A stretch of DNA of 64,000 bases from the NCBI GenBank assembly GCA_965153455.1, contig OZ234493.1:12204213-12268212 (forward strand). Direction: 5' to 3'. The notes below the pieces were generated by a model. It was given only the letters and a program-made list of their open reading frames with translations. It was not told where the DNA came from and did no database searches. A program made the position numbers and the translations under genes. Below are positions 1 through 12,139 of the stretch, piece after piece; the first letter of the stretch is position 1, and every line of letters begins with the position of its first letter. This stretch comes from Sphagnum compactum. Lineage: Eukaryota.

Positions 1-1282
1 ATCCCAAGAAAACAACCCACAACAAGATCTCAAGAAAAAACCAACTCGACCGACCCAAATCTCCTAGCAACCACTACTCTTGACACTCTCCCGAGAACCC
101 TAAATCCAGCTCTGACACTCTCCTGAGACATCCAGGCATTCATTCGATAGCTGGGAAAGCAGTGCAAATCACAGGCGCTTCATCAGAAGCTCCTCAGCAC
201 GTGGAGATGGAGCTCAGGGATCCCAATTCCTCAACAAATCCCGTTCTCGACAGAATCTCGCTCCCGACACGGAGAGAGAGTACCAAAGAAAGCTCAGGGC
301 AAGCCGGCCGGGCTTTGTAGCACACTGGTCGATCTAACCCCGGTTAATATCCTAACCGGAAGGGTTTGGTTATGTGAATCCTGGTTAAACTGACCACCCT
401 GGTTAGCGGTCCATGTGAAATATTCCCACCAATTGAAAATGCAGGGCTACCCAAAATGGACCGTTTCACACTTTCCATAAAAATTGGCTCCCTGATGGCT
501 GTCTTCACACTAAGACAACTTTCACACTTCTCACCCGAAATGGACTGTTTCACACTTTCCCTAGAGTTGGCTCCCTGATGACTCTTTTCACACACGCACT
601 CTTGCTCTCGCGCTCTCTCTCTCTCTCTCGCGGTCGATCGCTTCCCTGACGCGCACGCAGACGCTCACACGCGCTCGGAGATTGAGATTTTATTGATTAG
701 TTTTCAGTGATTTGATGCTGCTCCATGATCATTTGGATTGGTCTTTTGGTGGGTTGTGCAAAATGAGCTTTTGTTGTTGTTGTGGTTGTTGCATTTCTTG
801 AGTGGTGTTTTTTGTAGTCGGTGTGGAGGTTTTCTGGGGCTGCTGCTTGCCTCTTTGCTCCCTTGGTTTTGAAAGCTAGATAGATCACTCACAAGATCCA
901 GATCTGGGGTTTTGTTTTGGTTGTGGATTTAGGGTTGACCAGAAGAAGCCATGGATCATAGCAGATCAGTCATGGGTCAATGAGCAGAGAGCAGAGAAGA
1001 ACCACCCACGGGAGCTTGGTTTTGAATCTATAGTTATGGCTGTGACGAAGTGGAGATCGCTGTAATCCCGATGTCATATTGAATTCCCAAGAAAAGCAAC
1101 TGGGAAAAGAGAGGGTGGCTGGTGTGTGGAAGGGGAAGCTTTGGGATGGGAGAGGAGCAAGTAAAGTGGAGAAGAGGAGCAGGAACTTAGAGAGGTTGAG
1201 GAGTGGGGAGAAGAAAGAAGGAAGGTGGGTGGGGGGGTGAGGGAGGGGAATTGGGGTCTGGTGAGGGTAGCCAGGAGCATCT

Positions 1283-3947
1283 ATGTCAGCCGACAACCAG
1301 AAGGGCTTGGCCCTGGCTGTGAGCTCCAGTCTCTTCATCGGTGCCAGTTTCATTATCAAGAAGAAAGGCCTCAAGCGCGCAGGTGCTACAGGCGTTAGGG
1401 CAGGTATGAATTCCTCTGTTAGTGTCAGTTAATCTTCCTTCTTCCTTTGGGTACCCAAGCTGAGATGAACAAATTAGGGTCTGAGCTGGGATGAGAAGAT
1501 TAGGGTTGAGGAAAAGGCAGTAGGACACATACACACACATATGCGTGCACACACACACACACACACATACACAAAAGATCGTGGTGTGTTTTATGGAGAT
1601 TTGGAGGTTTTTAGGGTTTGAATACAGAAAGGATGGAATGGCAGTGCTTTGTGGAATGAGAAAGGTTGGGGACATTGATCAGAGGTGGTGGGGCTGATGA
1701 TGATGATGATGATGGGAGATGGGGCTATCAGGAGTTGGTGGATATTCATACCTTTACGAACCACTATGGTGGGCAGGCATGATCACCAGTAAGCTTCTTC
1801 TCGTACTGTGGATGTATGTGATCAATTTTGTGAGGTGGAATTCTTTTTTGTTGGTTTTTTGTGCAATCTGTATTTTGGGTGGGGTGGTGCTGATGATGGG
1901 GGGAATTTGGGATGGGCAGTGCTTGTAGGCGAGGTGGCCAACTTTACTGCTTATGCATTTGCTCCTGCTGTTCTGGTTACACCTCTTGGTGCATTGAGCA
2001 TCATTGTGAGGTATGTAGGAATTTTCAGATCTGCCCATGAGTGTGTACTATCTTCTGTTGTACCTGGCTTGGGTTCATGAAGAGAGAGAGAGAGAGAGAG
2101 AGAGATTTTTAACTGGGGGCATATGTGTGGGGTGGAGTGCAAAATGCAGTGCAGCATTGGCACATGTTGTTCTCAAGGAGCGGTTGCATACACTAGGTAT
2201 TGTAGGCTGTGTGCTCTGCATCGTCGGTTCAACCACCATTGTGCTTCATGCACCAAAAGAGCAAACCATTGACTCTGTAGAAAAAGTTTGGGGTCTTGCC
2301 ACTGAACCTGGTGTGTGGTCCCCCCCCCCCCAAACCCCCCCTTTCTCTTTAAGTAGAGGCTGTTTGTTATACAGAGTACTATGGGATGCAAGCTACAGAG
2401 CATGCACAGATGTATGGTTGCATGTATTTGAGGCCTTGGAGGAACTTGCCAGATACATGTGCAATCCATCATTTGATGTTTGACCCAAGGTAGGTTTTTG
2501 ATGGAACAGTGGGTGTTGGTTTTGTGGGGTTTTGGAACAGCCTTTTTGTTATACACAACTGCAGTAGTTGCAGTGGTGTTACTTCTCATTTTCTATTACG
2601 TGCCACAGTGTGGCCATACACATGTGCTGGTCTACATTGCCATCTGCTCCCTCATGGGCTCTCTATCGGTACCTATTCTTTTTGTCCCAATGATCACCCC
2701 CTTAAGATTGCCCACAGTAATTTTCTTCCGTGGTGGCAATTCTCATTACTTTGTATGCCACTGCTTCCTCCTTCCTTCTCATCATTGAGATCTACCTCCT
2801 TGCTTTCTGCAACCTTTTCACTCCTGCTCACCAACTGTTACAGGGCAACTGATTGTGGTGTGATATGATATGCCAAGGTGATGAGCGTTAAAGCACTGGG
2901 GATTGCACTGAAGCTCACTTTCCAGGGGCAGAATCAATTGATTTACCCACAGACATCGGTGTTTGCTATGGTTGTCGTCACCTGTGTTTTAACACAGATG
3001 AACTATTTAAACAAGGTATCTCTCCCATCTTTTCTGTGCTTTTTTTGTACAGCCCCTGAGACATATTAAAAGGGTTTGTTCAGTACAATCTCATGGTGCC
3101 TCTGCAAATAGTGCAGCAATTCCAAGTCTTCACAGCATTGCTAGGTTTTTTACCCATAGTCAATCTGCCTCTTCTTCTTTTTTGTCTCATTGCATTGGAA
3201 TGTTTTGAGCAAGTATGTTTCTTCAAAAGCTTGCAGTTGCAAATTGGGGCTTGTGCTTGATGTAGGCTCTGGACACATTCAATACAGCAGTGGTTTCACC
3301 CATCTATTATGTGATGTTTACATCACTTACAATTCTTGCCAGTGCCATTATGTTCAAGGTTTGGAACAGTGCGACCATCACAGTTGCTTTCAGTCTTGAT
3401 GGGTACCATTTCAAAATTCTGAAAATCAAATTTTTACTTTCACTATTGTTTTTTTTTAAAATTAAGTAGAGCACAATTGCAATCTCTTGTATGTTCAATG
3501 CAGGACTGGGACCAGCAGAGTGCAGCAGAAATAATAACAGAGCTCTGTGGATTTGTTACCATTTTATCCGGCACATTTTTGCTCCATGCAACAAAGGACA
3601 TGGGTGACTCCTCATCAAACATGGGTTCGCTCTATTCACCTTTTACACCCAACTTTCGTGCTGTTTCTTGGATTTTCAGGACTCTACAATAGTCCATTGC
3701 AATTGCAGTCTCTTTTGTATCTGTATGGAAGAACAGTTACTGAATGAAGTCTGCTAGATCTCGTGACTATCTTGTGCATTCCTGATGAAGTGAATCTGTT
3801 TGAATTCATGTAGGCATATATGGTGGTCTACCGATTACAACCATGTCCCATCGCTTATCGATGGCGGGGCATGTCAAGCGGCCAGAGGACACAATGGAGA
3901 ATGAAGAAATTCCTCTTCGGCGAACAGACTCCATTCGAACACCATGA
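1283..3947 (+). CDS. NIPA: NIPA-family magnesium transporter, 9 exons: 1283-1403, 1732-1788, 1920-2010, 2150-2310, 2541-2668, 2878-3015, 3266-3358, 3504-3624, 3814-3947
   Basis: GT-AG splicing gives a continuous [110 protein letters not shown]. These are the characteristic plant NIPA (Mg_trans_NIPA) motifs. An in-frame TAG lies just upstream at 1268-1270. Confidence 0.96.
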
Positions 3948-5010
3948 CGTTTTCTCTATGTTCCTCTTTGCTTTGCAGGAATTGATAGTAGAGAGACACA
4001 GAGACACACACAGAGACTCCCAATTCTTCTTTCTGAGTTGGCTGTGATGAGCAATTTGTAGTGCCAGGGAGGAGGACAACGACAACAACAAATTGCAAAA
4101 TGCATCCAGAGTAAAATATCATTCTCTACTGAGCTTCTCATCAACGATCCAAAAAAGAATTCAGGAAGTGTAGAGATATTCTTTGCAATGGGCTTTGCCT
4201 GTTGTGATAGTTGTAATTACATGTTTGCCATCGAATAACAGTTTTGAAACCATCACTGTGGTGTTAGTACATTGCTGTCAATCTGGGACTTCCACCTGAC
4301 CCCCCCTGCAGTTATCATGTTTGTTACATTTGCATTATCCTAATTATTTGCCCACCTGTTGTGACTTACAGTAACATATTTTCTGCGCAACTGACACAAA
4401 CCATATCAGCTCATCATGTACACTGTATTTTCTTCCCATGTGTAGAAACAATTTCTCTGACTAGAACGGTTAGAAGATATTATATGGTCCTAAAGCAGAT
4501 GGTCAGATGATGAGTCTAAAACTCTTGAAAAGAGTTTTGTGGGCAAACAGGCAATAGTGCACCATTTACTTCTATGGGTTCATGCCATATATGAGCTTCT
4601 AGTGCTTCCTTCACCCTTGTATCTAAAGCTCTCAAAAATAGTCTGTGAGCAAACATGCAACGTTTTTAGTGCGCTGTTTAGTGCTATGGGTTTGCCATAT
4701 TAGCTTCTGGTGGTTGGTTTCCTTCCTTCACCTTTGTGGCTTGCATATTCAGTCGCTTCATTGCCATCATCAACCTTGAGGTGGCATTTGTTTGAAAACA
4801 GTGAGCCAGTCTTGGCGATCCTGGCTTGGCAGACTGAATGATGTTGCAAAAGGGCTTGATGGGTGGCTTCAACTTTGATATGAGTGTCGTTTTTTGGCTT
4901 CTTGAAGTCCAGCTTTGCATGTCATGGCCTGTAGCAAGACAATGGTTACAGGGCGCATCTCCCAAACTCTTTACCATTACAATTTCAATTGGCTTTCCTA
5001 GGGTTAGATA

Positions 5011-5294
5011 CAGGGTTTGTTTGTTTTTTTTTTTTTTTCCTTTTTTTGTTTTTTGGGTAAAAAAAAAAGGCCCTTGTGACAGGTATGAAGGCATTTATTT
5101 TATGGAAATAAATAAATAAAATGGCACATTGTCACCACATTATGAAGAATTTGTTTTTTTGAATTCGCCATATTTAGACAGTGGGTTCTAGCATGTCACC
5201 AACATATAGCACCATTCCTAAACTTGTCTACTTTCCTCTCTGACCTGTAGCCAAATTTGGCTAAATCCTCTTTTGGATGATCGCCAACCCACTG
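5011..5294. mobile_element. Non-autonomous hAT-type MITE
   Basis: Termini CAGGGTTTG... / ...CCAACCCACTG. Flanked by a degenerate 8-bp direct repeat GTTAGATA (5003-5010) / GTTAGTTT (5295-5302), the TSD length typical of hAT. Confidence 0.6.
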
Positions 5295-5311
5295 GTTAGT
5301 TTGGGTCACTG

Positions 5312-5332
5312 AACCCTAAACCCTAACCCTAA
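5312..5332 (+). promoter_or_regulatory. Triple telo-box/telomere-like repeat upstream of the DHH gene
   Basis: AACCCTAAACCCTAACCCTAA about 120 bp upstream of the ATG at 5454. Confidence 0.6.
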
Positions 5333-5453
5333 TCCCCTCCGTCGTTTCCTAGAGAGAGAGAGAGAGACTGACACTCGTTTCCTTCGCGAATTTTCGAGCT
5401 CCCGAATGGCGTAAGTGTGTGTGTGTGTGTGTGTTATGTTGTGGAATCCGAAA

Positions 5454-8303
5454 ATGGAAGGTCTTGTGCGAGAAACTGGGGACAAAAGAGCGGAGGAGGA
5501 TAGGAAGTTTTCAGCTGTGGTATTGTACCACTATCCGTGTCCAGATGGTGCTTTTGCAGCATTGGCAGCACATCTTTATCACTCCGCACTCCGATGTTCT
5601 CCCCCACTATTTCTTCCCAATACTGTCTATAGTCCCTTAAGGTAATGATGTAATCCTAGGATTTTTGTCCCTCATTTTCTTTTTTGTGTTTGTGGAATTC
5701 ATCGCTCCTTTTTGTTTCATGCAAATATTAGTCGCTCGTTTGATTTGTTATCTAATTTTTCCTCATTTTTTCTGTATGAAAAATGTCCCTCATTTTGTTG
5801 CATAAAATCGTCCCCTCTTTTGCTTTATGTAATTTGTCCTTCATTTTGTTTCTATCTGTTTCTTGGCTGGGAGCTTGCAGTTTTGGTATTAGGATTAGGG
5901 TTTAATAGGGCATTTTTGCTTTGTTTTTCACCTTAGCTTTTACATGAATCATGTTTGTTTCTAATGCTTGTATATTGCTGCGAATTTTTTGTCTGTTGAG
6001 TATTCTTCCTTATTAGTGTATAGAGCTGTTGAAAAGTCTGGTGGATTGGAAGTGTCGGTTTTCTGCATTTTCTGAATCTGTTCCTTTTTGACAGGGTTGA
6101 AGAACTGGTGACAGAAGGTGTTGATGTCTTTTATCTTTTGGATTTTGTTGGTCCTAAGGATTTTGCAGTTAAGCTTTCCCACAAGGCAAGATGGTATGTA
6201 TTTCTTTTTCTTGTTTTGAGTCCCTCCTGCTGGTATTTTGTGAACTTGTAGTTGGCACAAGAGAAACCCTAAACCATATATCATCATGGACCAATATCAG
6301 ACTAAGCCCAAGCAAGCTTCACTAGGAGGGAAAATTAGGGTTTAGACTTGCATTAGGTAATGAATAACGTGTCTCAACAAATTCAGGAGAATCTTCTGGT
6401 AATCTAAAGTCAATCAAAATGTCTTGGATCTAGAGTAATGATTAAGGCTGGGACTTGCATTCTGTGCGGCATTTTTAGGTTTTGTGTACTATATGGGTTT
6501 GGTTTTCAGAGTGTCACAGTACACTTTCCACAGTGTCTCTTATTATAGCCATTTCCTGTGGGCGCCCATCACCTTTTTTGTTTCAGAGGATACCATGAAC
6601 TCACATTGACATACATTAGACTAGCAGGAGCAGTTTATCTTTTGGCAGCACAAATATACCCTGGGAGGAAGCCATTATAACTGAAGGTTGAGAAGCAGCA
6701 TCAGCTGACCTTTTGGCAGTCAATGGGATGTCTGTGATACAGGGTTGTAGTTTTGGACCATCACAAAACTGCCCTTGAGATGCTTCCAGATGGAGGAGAC
6801 TGTCCACCGAATCTTGAAATTGTTCTGGATATGAAGAGATCTGGAGCAACTATAGCTTATGATTATTTTACTGAGAAGCTCCAAGAAGCCACCAATGACG
6901 CTGCAAGTGTAAATGAACAAGCAGAGGCTGTGCAGGGCCGCCAAAGCCTATTCAAAGTTGGTGGACACAAAGCAAAAGGCCTTGTAACAGATCAGAAGGA
7001 CATTGAGAGAGTGGAAACACTTTTTAGGTACATTGAGGATGCAGATTTATGGCATTGGGCTCTTCCAGATAGCAAAGCATTTAGCAGTGGCCTAATAGAC
7101 ACTCACATCGAATTCAGCACTGCAGTGAACCCATCAGTCTTCAATGAGGTGCCTAAAACTAGCCAATTAGGGTAGATGAAATATATGGCATTTCCACACA
7201 TAAGTATACTGTTTTTTATGAGTCAGGTAGTTACCTTTTTAGTCTATTGAATTCTTGTTATCCTACTAATGAGCTTTAATTGTCAATCTTGCAGCTCACC
7301 ACCCCACCCTCAATCTTCCTCTTAAAATGTCTGAAATTGACATGAACATGCATAAGTTGGATTCTTTTATTGATCATGCAGCTTTTGGCTTTGGATCCTG
7401 CTGCGGTGATAGAAATTGGAAGAAGCAGCCTATCAAAACAGCAAACACTAATAGATCAGGCACTTCAATCATCATTTCAAGTACAGCTTGGGCAAGGAAA
7501 ATTTGGGCAGTGTTTGGTAAGTGTTCACCTCTGCAAGTTTATTCACTAGTGCTCTCTTAGTGTTGCCTAATAACTATGTATACCTTCATCTAGAATGTTA
7601 GTGCTTACAACTTCAAAACTTACTGTCACATTTTTAGACACTGGCATTAATATGCTTTGGAAAACCATTTTGTATGGCCTATGGACCTGAGAATAGTGAT
7701 GACCAGCACACCTTGACTCTTTCAGCCAAGATTTCTAATCATTTTTTGCTGGGGACATGTTGAAACATGGATTTAAGGGAGTATTAGCAGATACAACAAT
7801 TGAGCTCAGGAGTGAGCTTGGCAACCAACTAGCAGCAAAGAGCCTTTCAGTAGGCTTAAGGTGAGTATAGATACCTTGAGGAAATTGCTCTTGCAATGGT
7901 CCAGTTTATGGTACATGACCTAGCGAGAACATGGGTAGTGCCAAATAGCAGATTAGGGCATTCATTGTTCTTGGTGCAGGCCAATAGGAGCAGTAGTGTA
8001 TGTGGAACCAGCTTTGAATGATGCAAGCCAATATAAGATCAGCTTGCGCAGCATTGGTCCTGAAGATGATACTACACAAATATCCAAGGTTGGACATCTT
8101 GATGTCTTTTCCCATCTTCATGTTCCCATCACTTGTAAGGTCTCTTCTTTTTGTTTATGATATTTTTCTGAGTTTATTGGTTGGGTGTCGTTTCTTTGTT
8201 CTTATGTCCTTTGATTTGGGTCCAGGCATATGGAGGTGGAGGCCATTGCAATGCAAGCTCATTCTTAATAAGCAAGAAGGAGTTTGAACAATGGAGGACT
8301 TGA
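5454..8303 (+). CDS. DHH/DHHA1-family phosphoesterase (uncharacterised plant family), 7 exons: 5454-5641, 6095-6193, 6743-7148, 7382-7516, 7778-7860, 7980-8088, 8226-8303; alternative in-frame ATG at 5436
   Basis: The spliced ORF carries the DHH superfamily motifs in order: VVLYHYPCPDGAFAAL, FYLLDF, VVVLDHHKTA, YIEDADLW, ISLRS, YGGGGHCNASSF. All junctions are GT-AG with consistent phase. Confidence 0.92.
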
Positions 8304-9636
8304 ACTCTAGCAGAGCCCCAGTATGGATGGAACTAGAAGAGACATGAGGGTTATTCAGTACTGTGATGAACTTATCAACGATATTTGCTTGTTGGTGACG
8401 ATTTATTATCTTGTAGAGAAAGATCTTTTGAATACCCATGATATGAAACAGAGGTCAAGAGTGGAACTGACAGGACCATTACCAAATTCAGCTGGCATGC
8501 CCTTTGAATTTTATCTTTCTGTAGCAACACTGCAGGTCCAAATTTTCCATCATCAGGACAATATGTACTGACAAATTAATGGTTAAAGTTAGATATCTGA
8601 TCAGAGACTGGTGATGAGGCCTTACATATCTTGATGCAACAGCAATTTGGGCTAGTTTTTGTAACTCTTGGCATCAAAGGTATTTGCTTTTGGTTTTTTT
8701 ATTAATGGTTTCCCCCCATTATGAAACTTTTTTTCATCCAAAACTTGCATTCCAAGATCTTTGGTTCACATCCCAGTAGTCAGGACTTGAAAATATGATT
8801 GCAAGTTAATCCTTGGCCACATTTCATAAGTCCCAAAAATGGTGTCAATCCATTAGACCACATATGACACCTAGAAGAGATATGTGAAGGAATTATGTCT
8901 ACTATTCACTGGGATGAACTTCAATCATGAAGATCATAATCCATGAACCAACAGTCATTTTTGTACTTCAAGAAGCAAGCATGAATCTTTTGTCATTGTA
9001 ATTTATAACATTGACCGAGACCTCAAGTATTATTTTGCAAGATCAAGGTCTAAATCAACATCATCTTACAACAATTGGAATAAATGTGCTATTTACTTCA
9101 AAGACTGGATTTCATTAACATTTGCACTTATCCAAAATTTCTGTGGGCTTGCATTAGTGTGGTAGTAGCATTGGGAACGTTTCAAATTATCAGGCAGTGT
9201 GATAAGACTCATTGGATGCAGAAGATTCATCAGTTTTTGAAAGGGAGTAAGCTTCTGTGATATTCATTGTTTGTTTAGGGTTTCTTTACACCTGAAAGTT
9301 GATAGTCTACATGGGTTTTGAATTGCATTCATTGTCATGTTACCTTCTTGAAATTATGTCAATTAGTCTCTGCAATTGGTTAGAGTTTGAATTCTTCAAT
9401 CTCTGTAATTGAAGTGTGCTCATTGTTTGTTTGACAGAGCTAGAGAGGAAGGAAGGGAGAGAGCTTTGAGAGTTTTAGGGTTGGTTGTTGCTAGGTTTGT
9501 CCTTGCAATTTTCTCAAGAGGGTTTTGCCATGTTTTGCTTGAGGAAGGTTCATGATGTGAAAAAATTGTTGGTGTGTGGAATTGTTCAAGAAATATTCCA
9601 TATCCGATGGCAAACATGGGTTACATATTACTTATG

Positions 9637-9951
9637 TGGCCATTTGTGCATTCCAGCGCTTTCTTGCTTGTTCCAATTATAGTAAAGAAGGCTGTTTTAA
9701 TGATAAGATCAAAATGGTTGGACATCATAATGTCAATAAGTCTTTCAGTATAGTAGTAGCAGCTCCTCACGTTGATGAGGGATGAAAAACAGAAGATTCA
9801 ACCATCAATGGAGAAAGCCCCGTGAGCTGCTACTACTATACTGAAAGATTTATTGACATTATCATGTCCAACCATTTTGATCTTATCGTTAAAACAGCCT
9901 TCTTTACTCTATCGAAACAAGCAAGAAAGCGCTGGAATGCACAAATGACCA
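9637..9951. ncRNA. Long inverted repeat (~130-bp stem, ~49-nt loop); candidate hairpin RNA / MIRNA precursor
   Basis: Arm 9637-9771 is the near-perfect reverse complement of arm 9821-9951, with a few mismatches and small bulges. The hairpin is seen directly; its expression is inferred. Confidence 0.55.
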
Positions 9952-12139
9952 TTCAGCAATGGAGTTCTAAAGCTTCCCTCGTTGTTCATGTTTCTTATGT
10001 TATGGACACCATTTCAAGTTCAATATTCAGATTAACATTTGGTGGCGACTGCAAAAGGTATTACCTTAGTTGTGTAGGAGCTGGCTTGGAGGATGTAGAA
10101 TGATCTCACAGAATCAACATCACATGGGAATCCATGTAACAATTTCCATAGTCGTCAAGGTTGTCGGGTTGATGCTATGCAAAAAAATGACCTCCTCAAA
10201 ATTCTTATGTCCAACCCAAATGTGAAAACTATAAATTTGTAAAAATTGTAACTGGATTATACTTTGTATATACAAATTTGACATGAAAAAGTTGATTATG
10301 TTGTGTAAATAAATACATATGTGCAATTTTTTAAATTCAAAAAATTATGCTGTAATTTTTGAATGATTTGTAATCGGATTTTATGATTGCGATTATGATA
10401 ATAAAAAATTTGTTTCTATATTTTGAATAAATGTGGATCATGATAAGATAATATAGTAAATAGGTGTAACAATGTGATTGGCAATTGCATAAAACAAATA
10501 TTCCAAAGGTATTCTAAAGCTAATTAGAGAATTTAAAAGACTACAAGTAAAATGAATTCTTTCTTTTGATAGGTAAACTTCTTTTTTTTTGTTTTAAGGT
10601 TTTCTAGAATTAACTATGGATATATAGGAAAGAAATATATTTGTATTAACAACAACTTTGTTCATGATTGTTATTTCAATGTAGAGATTGAGTATTTAAA
10701 CATTTTGATCAAAATTTGGATTGGGTCTATACATGTATTAATTAACTGATGCTACTACAAATTTCAAGGTGCAAAACAAATATTTGAACATCATATAGAA
10801 CTTGTTGGAAAATCCAAAGGTCGTGGGAAACATAAAAACATTGTACTTTTATTATTTTTTGTTGAAAATTTACATATATGTGTATGACATAAGAAACAAG
10901 AGAAATGAGGTAGAAGTTTTAACTAGATTGTAGGAAATGTGCAATAAAATCTATGACGTAATGAACATATTAAAACATATTTATTTTAGGAGAGTAGTTT
11001 TTTGTTGTGCTTTTTAGGATTGGAGAATCCTTTTTCCTTTGTTCATTTTTATGATGGATCATGTTTTTTTCCCTCTTATAAAAAATGAAAGATTTGAAAA
11101 TGAAACTTCTAAACCCTTTATTTTTGAAATTACAAAGCATTTATTATTATTATTATTTTAAGTAAAAACTTTGTGAAATTTTTTTAAGGGTTTTCAAATA
11201 ATTTTAATGAAATAAAAGTGTGTAAATAATCTTCTTCTTTTTTAAATGCGGTTTAAACAAAAAGTTTATGATCAAGTTTGATTGTGACAAATGGAATGTT
11301 GTCAACCTTATATTGTATTTGGAATGCTTTAAATGAATCATATGATAAGTAGATTGATTATTTTACAAATATGTTTCGAAATATGAAGTGTTGTGGAATA
11401 TGTGAAAAAGTTAAGTTGAACCATCAACATAAACATTTTAGAAAGATGAACAATGTATATAGTAAACCAAAATGATTTTGAATGTGGGTGCATTCGTATG
11501 GCATTACTAATTGTTTATTATCTAGTCATACAGCTAATACAAGAAATGTATTTTTGTTTGAAATGCTATGTTAAACATCAAGTTCCAACGCATGCTAAAA
11601 AAAAGAAAAACCAATCACATGTTTATATGTGTGCAATTCTATTAAAACATTCATTTTGCATCCAATTATTGTCCTTTGTAAACATTGGGTTGCATATACA
11701 AAATTGAAATTGGGGTTTTAGCATAGGTTACATTATGAATACTAATTTATTGAATAGTCATTTTTTAAGTTGGAATATATTCTAGACAACCAAATATCTA
11801 GAAAAAATCTTTCAAAAAATATTCAACCTATTTTATTTACAAAATATGGAATATATCAACAATATAAAACTCTTTTTGAAAAATCAACTAATAATGAAAG
11901 CATGCATATTTTGTCTTCAAATGCTGTAAATGACTCAACAAGCACAACATTTCTAATGATGGTTTTGAAACTATGCATGTTACTAAAAAAAATACAAAAT
12001 TTATCACTTTTATTTGTTATGTGTACTAATTCACAACTTCCTAGATATAATGGAAATTTTAGAATAAGATCACAGTACAATAATACATTTCATGAACAAC
12101 TTATAATTCAATATAATGGATTACAAAATATTGTTGCAA

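Noticed and set aside
970-1675. Minus-strand ORFs of 134 aa and 129 aa
   Set aside because: Antisense shadows of the NIPA leader, exon 1 and a microsatellite-containing intron.
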